Shown: positions 31,557 to 46,308 of the stretch, one piece after another
Position numbering within the stretch: position 1 is the stretch's first letter
How the letters are laid out: every line of letters starts with the position of its first letter
From: Ostrea edulis
Taxonomy: Eukaryota
Length of the DNA stretch: 64,000 bases
Direction: 5' to 3'
Assembly (NCBI RefSeq): GCF_947568905.1
Contig: NC_079165.1
Location: 98,022,001 to 98,086,000 of the forward strand
Made by a program: the position numbers and the translations under genes
The notes under the pieces: generated by a model
Seen by the model: only the letters and a program-made list of their open reading frames with translations
Told to the model about the DNA's origin: nothing
The model's database searches: none

Positions 31557-34500
31557 ATTTGAAATCTGTGATGAACAAATGCATTGATTGAAAATGTTCA
31601 AAACGAGACTTAGTTGAATCGAATTATACTTCCCTTAACAGCTTCATGTGTATACTAAGTTAGATATGCAAGTAGATATATATAAAGTTTGTGTAATATA
31701 CTATATACAGTTTTAAATTCTCTCCTAGTTATTTTCACAAGTTTTTTTTTTTTTTTCTTGTGGTCTAAATCCATTTTCCCAGTTTTAGATCCACAGTATT
31801 GATTTTAATTTTTGCATCTACATGTAAATGTGATAGGAATGATATGCACATATTTACTGCTGTTCAAATATCACAGTTTTTGCAGACTGTGAAAATAAGA
31901 AAATTAAACTGCAGAGAAAAATTGTTGTATATATTATATTAAAAAAGAGTCAAATACTGTAACATAATGTTTCAGTAGTCACTTTTTATTCTTTAGCGGA
32001 TATGATTAATTCAGTGTGCACCAAAATCTTTTTTCAACTCGAGCCCAAAGTAGACTGTTGCATTAGTGATGGCAACAATTTACAAGCACTTTTTACTAGC
32101 AAGACTAAAAAATGTGATAAATAAATTGGCAGTTTTATTTTCAGTCATTTAGATATATGATAATTCCAGTATACAGTATATACTGTACGACAGGTGAAGA
32201 TTTGTTTTCCTCTACCCTAGTCATGCTTGTTTGTTTAAAGTAGGCAGAAATGACAAATAAATAATAACAGAACCAACATGGATGGAGATCAGCTGGGATA
32301 GAATTGGGAAAATCAAAACTATATCTATTCCACTCAAGATTTAGATTTGCTTTTATTTGTTGTACATAGTAAATGTAAAAGTTTTATCAACAGTAATTAG
32401 AGGAAGAGAGCGGAAATTCTACTAGTCAAACTTAGCTAATGCTGACCTGCATTGTACTAGCCTGACCAAGTTTTTATTGGTGCTTGCCTCTGCTTGGGGA
32501 AGTCCTTTTGGTGCACGCTGTTTTGTAATTCCTGTAATATACAGTTTTACTGCTGAGATTTACCTGAGCCGCCGATCTAACCCAACTCTTTATAATATAT
32601 GGTGAGCTATAAATACACCCAAACGTGCTGAAACTGTAAGTGCAATCCCTGATGGATCTAAATTTATACTGATTTGTGATCAGTGAATGAAAGCGAGTAG
32701 CAGTTTCAAATTACAGCAGATGTTAACCACTTGCATATAATAAATCTTTGGTATTTTTATTTAGCTTTAAATGTAAATGCCTAAAATCTATCATTTAACA
32801 TGGAATGTTTGCATTTGTAAGTAAATTTTCAATAAACTATTATGTATTTGGCCATGAAAAGGTATTCCTGAATGATGGTCTGCAATTGTAATTTTAAACA
32901 ATACGATGTATTTTAATATGCATAATTATTGTTATGAGATATAGTTTTCATAAATTTTATCCTATTTGCTTTGTGGCAGAATGTTCATTGTATAGGTCAC
33001 AGTACTTGGTATTATTAATTTCTCGTGCTAATCGGAACGGACATTTTTTTTGTATCCTGTATCAATGTTGATATATAAATGACCATGTAGGTAAACTTAA
33101 GGGTAAAGTATTGATTTCAAACTTTGTAAATGGTCAAAGGGAAATATGGTGTATATATGAAAAACTGTTCTCATCTCATCATTACTGAATGTAGTGTTGC
33201 TCATAAGCTCTTAAACAACATAAATTTACAAATACTGTTAATTATTGAAGATAAAAGAATTGGGTCTAGTAGCATTTTTGTGCAGTTTATGATAATACAT
33301 GTGTCAATTTGTATATTGTACTTGTATATGATTAAATCATGTATGCAGTGGCAACTTTACATTCATGATGATCCCATGTAGGGAGGGAGTTCTTGTTAAA
33401 ACTTGGATCCTCAGTGCATATGTTCATTTTATTTGAGTGATGTGCTGTCGGTATATTTTGATGACTCGCCACGATGATGTCAGTAAAGCAAAATGAATAC
33501 TCAGTTTCCAAGGTATCAACTCTTCTATGGTAGAATAACATCATTATTCTGTTGAACACTGGCATGTGAACAGGGTATGTGTGTACTATTAATTGAAAGA
33601 GGAAAAGTTACAAAAGTTATTCCTTTTTATTTCAGCCAGAGTACATATTAGAATGGTCATAAGGAAATGATGTTATATGATTAAATCTGTTCGATCAAAA
33701 CTTTTTAACAAAGGAAGGCAGTGAAGGTCATTATTTGTCCCAGGATATTTTATCCTTGATAACCTGTGAACTTTTTAAAACTAAATTTTATTTTGCTCAC
33801 AGTTCAGGAGATGAGGTAGCAACTGATATTTTTCCTCTTGTCTTCACTGCGTGTGTACACAAATATCTTGCTTCTCACATGACAGTTATTTTGCACCTCG
33901 GAAATTGTGTATTGATGATAGCAGAATGCTGGATTTGATTGTAATAATTACCTGCAGTATCGCAAACCACTGGCAGTATGATAGTGTCCCACTTTTCAAG
34001 TCGCATGCAGAATTTATGTTGTAAGTTGATTTGTGAACTCAGGAAATTTTTGTCATATTGTATTTGATATGTGACATCCATGCAACATCTGAATTAAAAC
34101 ATCATTTTGATACAACCATCAATAAATCAAACAAAGACGGCTAAGTCATATTAAATCCTTTGATCTGCTAACTTGTTCAGCTCTGTGTAGCGATCTACTT
34201 GATCAAAGGATCTAATCTTAATTATTTTGCAAACAAATGGTTATTTCAACAGTCACTTTATATCGATTTTTATGGTGCATGTACTCCTTTCATTGCAAAG
34301 GTGATGTCCATGTTGAGAAAATGGTGTACAAAATGTAATTGAGCATTTAGAACTAGCTGTACCTGAAAAAACACTTTGTGTACATGTCTGCATGATCTCT
34401 GTAACACGATATGATTAGAATGTATGACACTGGAGTAGCAATAAATATTATTTTACTTTCCATAAAGTTCAGTCATATTTTGTAGAACACAAATAGAAAC

Positions 34501-34560
34501 TCCCGTCCTCACCTGTGTGGAAGTACAAAATAATGTACAGGTATGTTACACTACCTCAAG

Positions 34561-37500
34561 GATGTAACCTGGAAAGAGCCATGGCAATCATACAGAGATG
34601 TGACTTTAACAGTGTGATAATCAGAGTACAGAGATGTAACTTTAACAGTGATAATCAGAGTACAGGGATGTAACTTTAACAATAATAATCAGAGTACAGG
34701 GATGTAACTTTAACAGAGTGATAATCAGAGTGCAGAGATGTAACTTTAACAGTGATAATCAGAGTACAGAGATGTAACTTTAACAGAGTGATAATCAGAG
34801 TACAGAGATGTAACTTTAACAGTGTGATAATCAGAGTACAGGGATGTAACTTTAACAGTGTGATAATCAGAGTACAGGGATGTAACTTTAACAGTGTGAT
34901 AATCAGAGTACAGAGATGTAACTTTAACAGAGTGATAATCAGAGTACAGAGATGTAACTTTAACAGTGATAATCAGAGTACAGAGATGTAACTTTAACAG
35001 TGTGATAATCAGAGTACATAGATGTAACTTTAACAGTGATAATCAGAGTACAGAGATGTAACTTTAACAGAGTGATAATCAGAGTACAGAGATGTAACTT
35101 TAACAGAGTGATAATCAGAGTACAGGGATGTAACTTTAACAGTGTGATAATCAGAGTACAGGGATGTAACTTTAACAGAGTGATAATCAGAGTACAGGGA
35201 TGTAACTTTAACAGTGTGATAATCAGAGTACAGAGATGTAACTTTAACAGTGTGATAATCAGAGTACAGAGATGTAACTTTAACAGAGTGATAATCAGAG
35301 TACAGAGATGTAACTTTAACAGAGTGATAATCAGAGTACAGAGATGTAACTTTAACCGAGTGATAATCAGAGTACAGAGATGTAACTTTAACAGTGATAA
35401 TCAGAGTACAGAGATGTAACTTTAACAGTGTGATAATCAGAGTACAGAGATGTAACTTTAACAGTGATAATCAGAGTACAGAGATGTAACTTTAACAGAG
35501 TGATAATCAGAGTACAGAGATGTAACTTTAACAGAGTGATAATCAGAGTACAGAGATGTAACTTTAACAGAGTGATAATCAGAGTACAGAGATGTAACTT
35601 TAACAGAGTGATAATCAGAGTACAGAGATGTAACTTTAACAGAGTGATAATCAGAGTACAGAGATGTAACTTTAACAGAGTGATAATCAGAGTACAGAGA
35701 TGTAACTTTAACAGTGATAATCAGAGTACAGAGATGTAACTTTAACAGTGTGATAATCAGAGTACAGAGATGTAACTTTAACAGTGATAATCAGAATACA
35801 GAGATGTAACTTTAACAGAGTGATAATCAGAGTACAGAGATGTAACTTTAACAGTGATAATCAGAGTACAGAGATGTAACTGTAACAGTGTGATAATCAG
35901 AGTAGAGATGTAACTTTAACAGTGTGATAATCAGAGTACAGAGATGTAACTTTAACAGTGATAATCAGAGTACAGAGATGTAACTTTAACAGTGATAATC
36001 AGAGTACAGAGATGTAACTTTAACAGAGTGATAATCAGAGTACAGAGATGTAACTTTAACAGAGTGATAATCAGAGTACAGAGATGTAACTTTAACAGTG
36101 TGATAATCAGAGTACAGGGATGTAACTTTAACAGTGTGATAATCAGAGTACAGGGATGTAACTTTAACAGTGATAATCAGAGTACAGAGATGTAACTTTA
36201 ACAGTGTGATAATCAGAGTACAGGGATGTAACTTTAACAGTGATAATCAGAGTACAGGGATGTAACTTTAACAGTGTGATAATCAGAGTAGAGATGTAAC
36301 TTTAACAGTGTGATAATCAGAGTACAGAGATGTAACTTTAACAGTGATAATCAGAGTACAGGGATGTAACTTTAACAGTGTGATAATCAGAGTACAGAGA
36401 TGTAACTTTAACAGAGTGATAATCAGAGTACAGGGATGTAACTTTAACAGTGATAATCAGAGTACAGGGATGTAACTTTAACAGAGTGATAATCAGAGTA
36501 CAGGGATGTAACTTTAACAGTGTGATAATCAGAGTACAGGGATGTAACTTTAACAGAGTGATAATCAGAGTACAGGGATGTAACTTTAACAGAGTGATAA
36601 TCAGAGTACAGGGATGTAACTTTAACAGTGTGATAATCAGAGTACAGAGATGTAACTTTAACAGTGTGATAATCAGAGTAAATATGTAACTTTAGCAGAG
36701 TGATAATCAGAGTACAGGGATGTAACTTTAACAGAGTGATAATCAGAGTAAAGATGTAACTTTAACAGAGTGATAATCAGAGTACAGGGATGTAACTTTA
36801 ACAGTGATAATCAGAGTACAGGGATGTAACTTTAACAGTGTGATAATCAAAGTACAGGGATGTAACTTTAACAGTGTGATAATCAGAGTAAAGATGTAAC
36901 TTTAACAGAGTGATAATCAGAGTACAGGGATATAACTTTAACAGTGATAATCAGAGTACAGAGATGTAACTTTAACAGAGTGATAATCAGAGTACAGAGA
37001 TGTAACTTTAACAGTGATGATCAGAGTACAGAGATGTAACTTTAACAGTGTGATAATCAGAGTACAGGGATGTGACTTTAACAGTGTGATAATCAGAGTA
37101 CAGAGATGTAACTTTAACAGTGATAATCAGAGTACAGAGATGTAACTTTAACAGTGTGATAATCAGAGTACAGAGATGTAACTTTAACAAAGTGATAATC
37201 AGAGTACAGAGATGTAACTTTAACAGTGATAATCAGAGTACAGGGATGTAACTTTAACAGTGATAATCAGAGTACAGAGATGTAACTTTAACAGAGTGAT
37301 AATCAGAGTGCAGAGATGTAACTTTAACAGTGATAATCAGAGTAGAGATGTAACTTTAACAGTGTGATAATCAGAGTACAGAGATGTAACTTTAACAGTG
37401 TGATAATCAGAGTAGAGATGTAACTTTAACAGAGTGATAATCAGAGTACAGGGATGTAACTTTAACAGTGTGATAATCAGAGTAAAGATGTAACTTTAAC

Positions 37501-40500
37501 AGAGTGATAATCAGAATACAGAGATGTAACTTTAACAGTGATAATCAGAGTACAGAGATGTAACTTTAACAGTGTGATAATCAGAGTACATAGATGTAAC
37601 TTTAACAGTGTGATAATCAGAGTACAGAGATGTAACTTTAACAGTGATAATCAGAGTACAGAGATGTAACTTTAACAGAGTGATAATTAGAGTACATAGA
37701 TATAACTTTAACAGTGATAATCAGAGTACAGGGATGTAACTTTAACAGTGTGATAATCAGAGTACAGAGATGTAACTTTAACAGAGTGATAATCAGAGTG
37801 CAGAGATGTAACTTTAACAGTGATAATGAGAGTAGAGATGTAACTTTAACAGTGTGATAATCAGAGTACAGAGATGTAACTTTAACAGTGTGATAATCAG
37901 AGTAGAGATGTAACTTTAACAGAGTGATAATCAGAGTACAGGGATGTAACTTTAACAGAGTGATAATCAGAGTACAGGGATGTAACTTTAACAGTGTGAT
38001 AATCAGAGTACAGAGATGTAACTTTAACAGTGATAATCAGAGTACAGAGATGTAACTTTAACAGTGTGATAATCAGAGTAGAGATGTAACTTTAACAGAG
38101 TGATAATCAGAGTACAGGGATGTAACTTTAACAGTGTGATAATCAGAGTAAAGATGTAACTTTAACAGAGTGATAATCAGAGTACAGGGATGTAACTTTA
38201 ACAGTGATAATCAGAGTACAGGGATGTAACTTTAACAGTGTGATAATCAGAGTACAGAGATGTAACTTTGACAGAGTTATAATCAGAGTACAGAGATGAA
38301 ACTTTAACAGTGATAATCAGAGTACAGAGATGTAACTTTAACAGAGTGATAATCAGAGTGCAGAGATGTAACTTTAACAGTGTGATAATCAGAGTAGAGA
38401 TGTAACTTTAACAGAGTGATAATCAGAGTACAGGGATGTAACTTTAACAGTGATAATCAGAGTACAGGGATATAACTTTAACAGAGTGATAATCAGAGTG
38501 CAGAGATGTAACTTTAACAGTGATAATCAGAGTACAGAGATGTAACTTTAACAGTGTGATAATCAGAGTACAGAGATGTAACTTTAACAAAGTGATAATC
38601 AGAGTACAGAGATGTAACTTTAACAGTGATAATCAGAGTACAGGGATGTAACTTTAACAGTGATAATCAGAGTACAGAGATGTAACTTTAACAGAGTGAT
38701 AATCAGAGTGCAGAGATGTAACTTTAACAGTGATAATCAGAGTAGAGATGTAACTTTAACAGTGTGATAATCAGAGTACAGAGATGTAACTTTAACAGTG
38801 TGATAATCAGAGTAGAGATGTAACTTTAACAGAGTGATAATCAGAGTACAGGGATGTAACTTTAACAGTGTGATAATCAGAGTAAAGATGTAACTTTAAC
38901 AGAGTGATAATCAGAATACAGAGATGTAACTTTAACAGTGATAATCAGAGTACAGAGATGTAACTTTAACAGTGTGATAATCAGAGTACATAGATGTAAC
39001 TTTAACAGTGTGATAATCAGAGTACAGAGATGTAACTTTAACAGTGATAATCAGAGTACAGAGATGTAACTTTAACAGAGTGATAATTAGAGTACATAGA
39101 TATAACTTTAACAGTGATAATCAGAGTACAGGGATGTAACTTTAACAGTGTGATAATCAGAGTACAGAGATGTAACTTTAACAGAGTGATAATCAGAGTG
39201 CAGAGATGTAACTTTAACAGTGATAATGAGAGTAGAGATGTAACTTTAACAGTGTGATAATCAGAGTGCAGAGATGTAACTTTAACAGTGTGATAATCAG
39301 AGTAGAGATGTAACTTTAACAGAGTGATAATCAGAGTACAGGGATGTAACTTTAACAGTGTGATAATCAGAGTAAAGATGTAACTTTAACAGAGTGATAA
39401 TCAGAGTACAGGGATGTAACTTTAACAGAGTGATAATCAGAGTACAGGGATGTAACTTTAACAGTGTGATAATCAGAGTACAGAGATGTAACTTTAACAG
39501 TGATAATCAGAGTACAGAGATGTAACTTTAACAGTGTGATAATCAGAGTAGAGATGTAACTTTAACAGAGTGATAATCAGAGTACAGGGATGTAACTTTA
39601 ACAGTGTGATAATCAGAGTAAAGATGTAACTTTAACAGAGTGATAATCAGAGTACAGGGATGTAACTTTAACAGTGATAATCAGAGTACAGGGATGTAAC
39701 TTTAACAGTGTGATAATCAGAGTACAGAGATGTAACTTTGACAGAGTTATAATCAGAGTACAGAGATGAAACTTTAACAGTGATAATCAGAGTACAGAGA
39801 TGTAACTTTAACAGAGTGATAATCAGAGTGCAGAGATGTAACTTTAACAGTGTGATAATCAGAGTAGAGATGTAACTTTAACAGAGTGATAATCAGAGTA
39901 CAGGGATGTAACTTTAACAGTGTGATAATCAGAGTACAGGGATATAACTTTAACAGAGTGATAATCAGAGTGCAGAGATGTAACTTTAACAGTGATAATC
40001 AGAGTACAGAGATGTAACTTTAACAGTGATAATCAGAGTACAGAGATGTAACTTTAACAGTGTGATAATCAGAGTACAGAGATGTAACTTTGACAGAGTT
40101 ATAATCAGAGTACAGAGATGTAACTTCTTTAACAGAGTGATAATCAGAGTGCAGAGATGTAACTTTAACAGTGATAATCAGAGTAGAGATGTAACTTTAA
40201 CAGTGTGATAATCAGAGTACAGAGATGTAACTTTAACAGTGTGATAATCAGAGTAGAGATGTAACTTTAGCAGAGTGATAATCAGAGTACAGGGATGTAA
40301 CTTTAACAGTGTGATAATCAGAGTAAAGATGTAACTTTAACAGAGTGATAATCAGAGTACAGAGATGTAACTTTAACAGTGATAATCAGAGTACAGGGAT
40401 ATAACTTTAACAGAGTGATAATCAGAGTGCAGAGATGTAACTTTAACAGTGATAATCAGAGTACAGGGATGTAACTTTAACAGTGTGATAATCAGAGTAC

Positions 40501-42872
40501 AGAGATGTAACTTTAACAGTGTGATAATCAGAGTAGAGATGTAACTTTAACCGAGTGATAATCAGAGTACAGGGATGTGACTTTAACAGTGTGATAATCA
40601 GAGTACAGAAATGTAACTGTAACAGTGTGATAATCAGAGTACAGAGATGTAACTTTAACAGAGTGATAATCAGAGTACAGGGATGTAACTTTAACAGTGT
40701 GATAATCAGAGTGCAGAGATGTAACTTTAACAGTGATAATCAGAGTACAGAGATGTAACTTTAACAGAGTGATAATCAGAGTACAGAAATGTAACTTTAA
40801 CAGAGTGATAATCAGAATACAGGGATGTAACTTTAACAGTGATAATCAGAGTACAGGGATGTAACTTTAACAGTGATAATCAGAGTACAGGGATGTAACT
40901 TTAACAGTGATAATCAGAGTACAGAGATGTAACTGTAACAGTGTGATATTCAGAGTACAGAGATGTAACTGTAACAGTGTGATAATCAGAGTACAGAGAT
41001 GTAACTGTAACAGTGTGATAATCAGAGTACAGGGATGTAACTTTAACAGTGATAATCAGAGTACAGAGATGTAACTTTGACAGAGTTATAATCAGAGTAC
41101 AGAGATGTAACTTTAACAGAGTGATAATCAGAGTACAGAGATGTAACTTTGACAGAGTTATAATCAGAGTACAGAGATGTATTTTTAACAGAGTGATAAT
41201 CAGAGTACAGGGATGTAACTTTAACAGTGTGATAATCAGAGTACAGAGATGTAACTGTAACAGTGTGATAATCAGAGTACAGGGATGTAACTTTAACAGT
41301 GATAATCAGAGTACAGAGATGTAACTTTGACAGAGTTATAATCAGAGTACAGAGATGTAACTTTAACAGAGTGATAATCAGAGTACAGAGATGTAACTTT
41401 GACAGAGTTATAATCAGAGTACAGAGATATATTTTTAACAGAGTGATAATCAGAGTACAGGGATGTAACTTTAACAGTGTGATAATCAGAGTACAGGGAT
41501 GTAACTTTAACAGTGTGATAATCAGAGTACAGGGATGTAACTGTAACAGTGTGATAATCAGAGTACAGAGATGTAACTGTAACAGTGTGATAATCAGAGT
41601 ACAGGGATGTAACTTTAACAGAGTGATAATCAGAGTACAGGGATGTAACTTTAACAGTGTGATAATCAGAGTACAGAGATGTAACTTTAACAGAGTGATA
41701 ATCAGAGTACAGGGATGTAACTTTAACAGTGTGATAATCAAAGTACAGAGATGTAACTTTAACAGTGTGATAATCAGAGTACAGAGATGTATTTTTAACA
41801 GAGTGATAATCAGAGTACAGGGATGTAACTTTAACAGTGTGATAATCAGAGTACAGAGATGTAACTGTAACAGTGTGATAATCAGAGTACAGGGATGTAA
41901 CTTTAACAGTGATAATCAGAGTACAGAGATGTAACTTTGACAGAGTTATAATCAGAGTACAGAGATGTAACTTTAACAGAGTGATAATCAGAGTACAGAG
42001 ATGTAACTTTGACAGAGTTATAATCAGAGTACAGAGATGTATTTTTAACAGAGTGATAATCAGAGTACAGGGATGTAACTTTAACAGTGTGATAATCAGA
42101 GTACAGGGATGTAACTTTAACAGTGTGATAATCAGAGTACAGGGATGTAACTGTAACAGTGTGATAATCAGAGTACAGGGATGTAACTTTAACAGTGTGA
42201 TAATCAGAGTACAGAGATGTAACTGTAACAGTGTGATAATCAGAGTACAGGGATGTAACTTTAACAGTGATAATCAGAGTACAGAGATGTAACTGTAACA
42301 GTGTGATAATCAGAGTACAGAGATGTAACTGTAACAGTGTGATAATCAGAGTACAGGGATGTAACTTTAACAGTGTGATAATCAGAGTACAGGGATGTAA
42401 CTTTAACAGTGATAATCAGAGTACAGGGATGTAATTTTAACAGTGATAATCAGAGTACAAAGATGTAACTTTAACAGAGTGGTAATCAGCATACAGGGAG
42501 ATGACTTTAACAGTGTGATAATCAGAGTACAGGGATGTAACTTTAACAATAATAATTAGAGTACAGGGATGTAACTTTAACAGTGTGATAATCAGAGTAG
42601 AGATGTAACTTTAACAGAGTGATAATCAGAGTACAGGGATGTAACTTTAACAGAGTGATAATCAGAGTACAGAGATGTAACTTTAACAGTGTGATAATCA
42701 GAGTACATAGATGTAACTTTAACAGAGTGATAATCAGAGTACATAGATGTAACTTTAACCGTGATAATCAGAGTACAGAGATGTAACTTTAACAGAGTGA
42801 TAATCAGAGTAGAGATGTAACTTTAACCGAGTGATAATCAGAGTACAGGGATGTAACTTTAAGAGAGCCATG
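34561..42872. repeat. ~8.3-kb minisatellite, 34/36-bp unit GTGATAATCAGAGTACAGRGATGTAACTTTAACA(GW)
   Basis: Roughly 230-240 head-to-tail units (length divided by unit size); variants differ by a 2-bp indel and a few substitutions; no unique spacers. Confidence 0.98.
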
Positions 42873-45800
42873 ATGGATGTGCGGGGGTGTAGCTGCAGAA
42901 CAGATTTGATTCCATATTTTCTCAGAGGTGTACAGTTCTACAACTAACAAAAGATGTTGCATTATTTATGAAAATCTTCCCAATGAAACTTAAATCATTA
43001 CATGCCATAGAAAATACTGATAGATGGACAAAGTGATTACTATATGGTGACCACCTGATGGTGGGGCCCTAACAAGTTAGAATTTTGGATCTATCATCAG
43101 AATTTTTCAGTATGCAGCAACTAATACATGTAATTCGAAGGTTCACCAAAATGTCATCGTGAAAATGATGTATGCTTTACAGTTAAAGACCCTATCATAC
43201 TCATCCACAGCTTGCCATATAAACTACCACATGCCAGGCTTTTTTCTGGACCCAGTGGGTACCTCTTTGTCATAATTACTTGTAGATGTCCAAATACAGA
43301 ATGGTATGTGGGCATGTAACACACAAAAATATACACAAAGTTAGGTAAGGATTTATTTCTAGGAATACTCAACATCAATAAATGTGTGGCACATATTGTC
43401 AATAAATTAAGAACTATTTACATCATTTAAACTTTAGCTTGGAATGGTTTTACTGGTCCATTTTTAACTACAACAGTCCAAGTCACAGTGAAAATCATCA
43501 GCTAACACAAAGTCTTATTTACATTGCAAACTAAATCCAATAAAATGAACCCAGTATTTTGTCAGTTGTCTAAGCAAAAAAAAAATCACTTGAAAAAAGC
43601 TGGATTTTTGTGATACAGTACATGTTGCAACCAATAAAACTGGTGTCAAATTCCCCTGTACACAGGGATATACACATACTACCCATTCTGTTCATATATA
43701 GAAGAAAACAGAAAGGGTAATATATCCCTACATTCTGTAAGATGAGAAACCATAACTTTAATGAGCGGAGTCAGGTTCACATCTCATTGCTTTTTATTGA
43801 CCTGCATGCCTCAGAACTCTCACTGGTTTACTTCCCGATACATGAAGTAATTTTACACATGTGATTGACACTTGCATAGTTATGCCTTTTTTTTCCAGAC
43901 AATAAACAAGATGTATAACTCCTCCATTACATTAATCATTGTGTGTGCCTGTACGAACTGAGGCATATCAAAATTGAATCATATGGTTGTCTCTTAAATA
44001 ATATATGGACGGAATTATACACAATACATGTAGCACAAGGCAAACACCACAGCAGATTATACACACATAAAAAATATCCACAACATTAGGCAAGGTGTCA
44101 CCAAAATACGTGTAAAATATAATTCGCCAAGTCCATTCAACTCAAGGGTGATAAATCTTCACAGCAACTTAATTGAATGCTTTGTGGAAATGACTATTAT
44201 GCTCTCAAAACAAAATCATGTTCAATGTACATTGTAATGCTCGATGCCATAACTTTAATGAATACACTCTGAGCAGAGAAGAAACAAGAGACTGCACACT
44301 GATTCAAATTACAGTATTTATAATTCAACGATTTAAGATTTATCATATTAGATCTTCATTAATTTGTAATGCAATGTACTTATGAACCCTGAGATTTCAG
44401 CTGAGTGATATGATGAAATAACAGACACAAATTTCTGTAAGCTATCGTATTTAGTGTGTACAAGATTTAGTACATTCAGCATCCCCCATAATAAATACTA
44501 CAACAGATATATTAGCAAGCTTGTAGTGATGTACTTGATTTAGTGAACGTGTCATCTGTCAAATGTGCTAACAAGAATACACTGCCAATTGTGAGTCCTT
44601 TACAGTATCTATTTATGGAGGCTTACCCTGAATGTAAAACATGCTGGGACACAACAGCTCAGAAATAACAGACCTGTTACCAGTCTAAGTGTACGTGATC
44701 AATTTTTAAAATACACCTTATATCAATACGAAGATCTGATAGATGTGGAATTGGTAACATTAAAGCTTTACATTGGATTTCATGATGAGGTGAGTATGGT
44801 AAACTAACCGTACAATCTAAAACAAATATTGGTAAAATAGCAAGTAAAATATCAAACAGTTGAAAAGGTTAAAACAGGATTTCTCATCAGAAAATAAAAA
44901 CACAACAAAATGTAGATGTGCATATATATGATAAAATATGTCTCATGATTTTTATACCTATTGCAACCATAATCATCACATCAAATAGTATCAGGCTGTA
45001 CATCATGAAAAGCCTTGTCATACAAACACTAAATATACCATATAAGAAAAACATTTATTCTATAGGACAATCCTTTTGTTGAGACACTTTATAGTAGATT
45101 TGTTTTCAAATAGTGGCCGGCCACCAGTTAACACTCACTCTCTAACAGTCAAACACAACAATGGCATTACATTATGCAACAACTATAAAATTTGAAATAA
45201 CAACAAGAACCTAAATCTTGAACACTCTTTCTTTATAAATAATTCAGATTTCCAGACCTATAAAAAAAAATTTGTGTAAACATCTGACGTCCCAAGATGT
45301 TTATGGATGTACAAACTATCAACAAGTCCACATACACAAGAATGATAACCACAGATTAAGAGATGATAAAAATATTTTGTGTATCTTTAATGCCCTTTAA
45401 TATTTTCAATATATCACCAAATTTCATTTACTGAACCACAACCAAGAAATGTATACAACAATGATGAAGTTTTCTGTGGAGATAGCAAAGGACCAGAATT
45501 AACTCAATTTATAGGTACATATACTAAAACAAGCAGTACATTAAACCTTTAAGAATTACAAATTAACAGTCATACTGTACATCTATCTAAATATGATGTA
45601 AGTATTAAAATCAAGTATTTTTTTAAAACTAAAAACATTACATGTTCATTTCAATAACACAAATACATAACAGATCTTAATTTTTCGCATGCAATATTTC
45701 ATATTTAAAAAAAAAATGCATTCAAATTTCCTCAGACAAATAAAATATAGAAAAATATAAGTGTATAAACAATTGGTATAACAGCATCGTCGGAAACCCA

Positions 45801-45992
45801 CGGTTGATTACACTTCGTTCCTCTCTCCATCACCCGTGGGTCCATTCATTCCTACTCGCTCATTCTCATGAATAGTTAATGAGGCAATTTGATTGGGCAT
45901 TCATCGTACACCCTGAGCAAATTTGTCCAATCAACAAGATGCTTTCAGCCCAATTTTGGTATACAACTGTTGTGATAGCAAAGTTAAGTTAA

Positions 45993-46308
45993 GGAGGTAT
46001 GCTACACCAGAGAAATTTGATATGGATGAAAAGTGGAGGATATCTACAACATTATTTTGAAATTGAAAACTTTCAAATTTATTTTATTTAGTAAAAAAAA
46101 AGTTTTAGTTGAAAGCAATCTGAGAAAAATCTAAAACCCATGCTGGACTCGAACATGTGATCTACAATTCAGCAGTCGACGTGCTAACCTACTGAGCTAC
46201 TCAGTTAGGTGAGAACTTTTAAAATGAATTGACAAATATTGCTGATATTTATATTTTCATCCATGTTTTAAAAGGAAGTCAGCAATTATGACGATGTAGA
46301 GTACCTCT
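45993..46308. mobile_element. TTAA-flanked MITE (Kolobok-like) carrying a tRNA-derived segment
   Basis: TTAA at 45989-45992 and 46309-46312; imperfect TIRs GGAGGTATGCTACACC / AGAGGTACTCTACATC; A box and B box on the minus strand at 46138-46205. Confidence 0.75.

Noticed and set aside
32400-34500. Hidden gene between PLPP6 and the minisatellite
   Set aside because: Only isolated splice-like motifs and short ORFs without homology; a lncRNA or UTR cannot be excluded without RNA data.
34752-42292. Repeat-protein ORFs (IIRVQRCNFNRV)n and (IITLLKLHPCTL)n
   Set aside because: By-product of 36-bp units; frames are broken at random by 34-bp units and no start or splice context supports them.
34561-42872. 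CRISPR array (36-bp repeat)
   Set aside because: Units are contiguous with no unique spacers, there are no cas genes, and the context is eukaryotic.
46138-46208. Functional tRNA gene
   Set aside because: Acceptor and anticodon stems do not pair; it lies inside a MITE.
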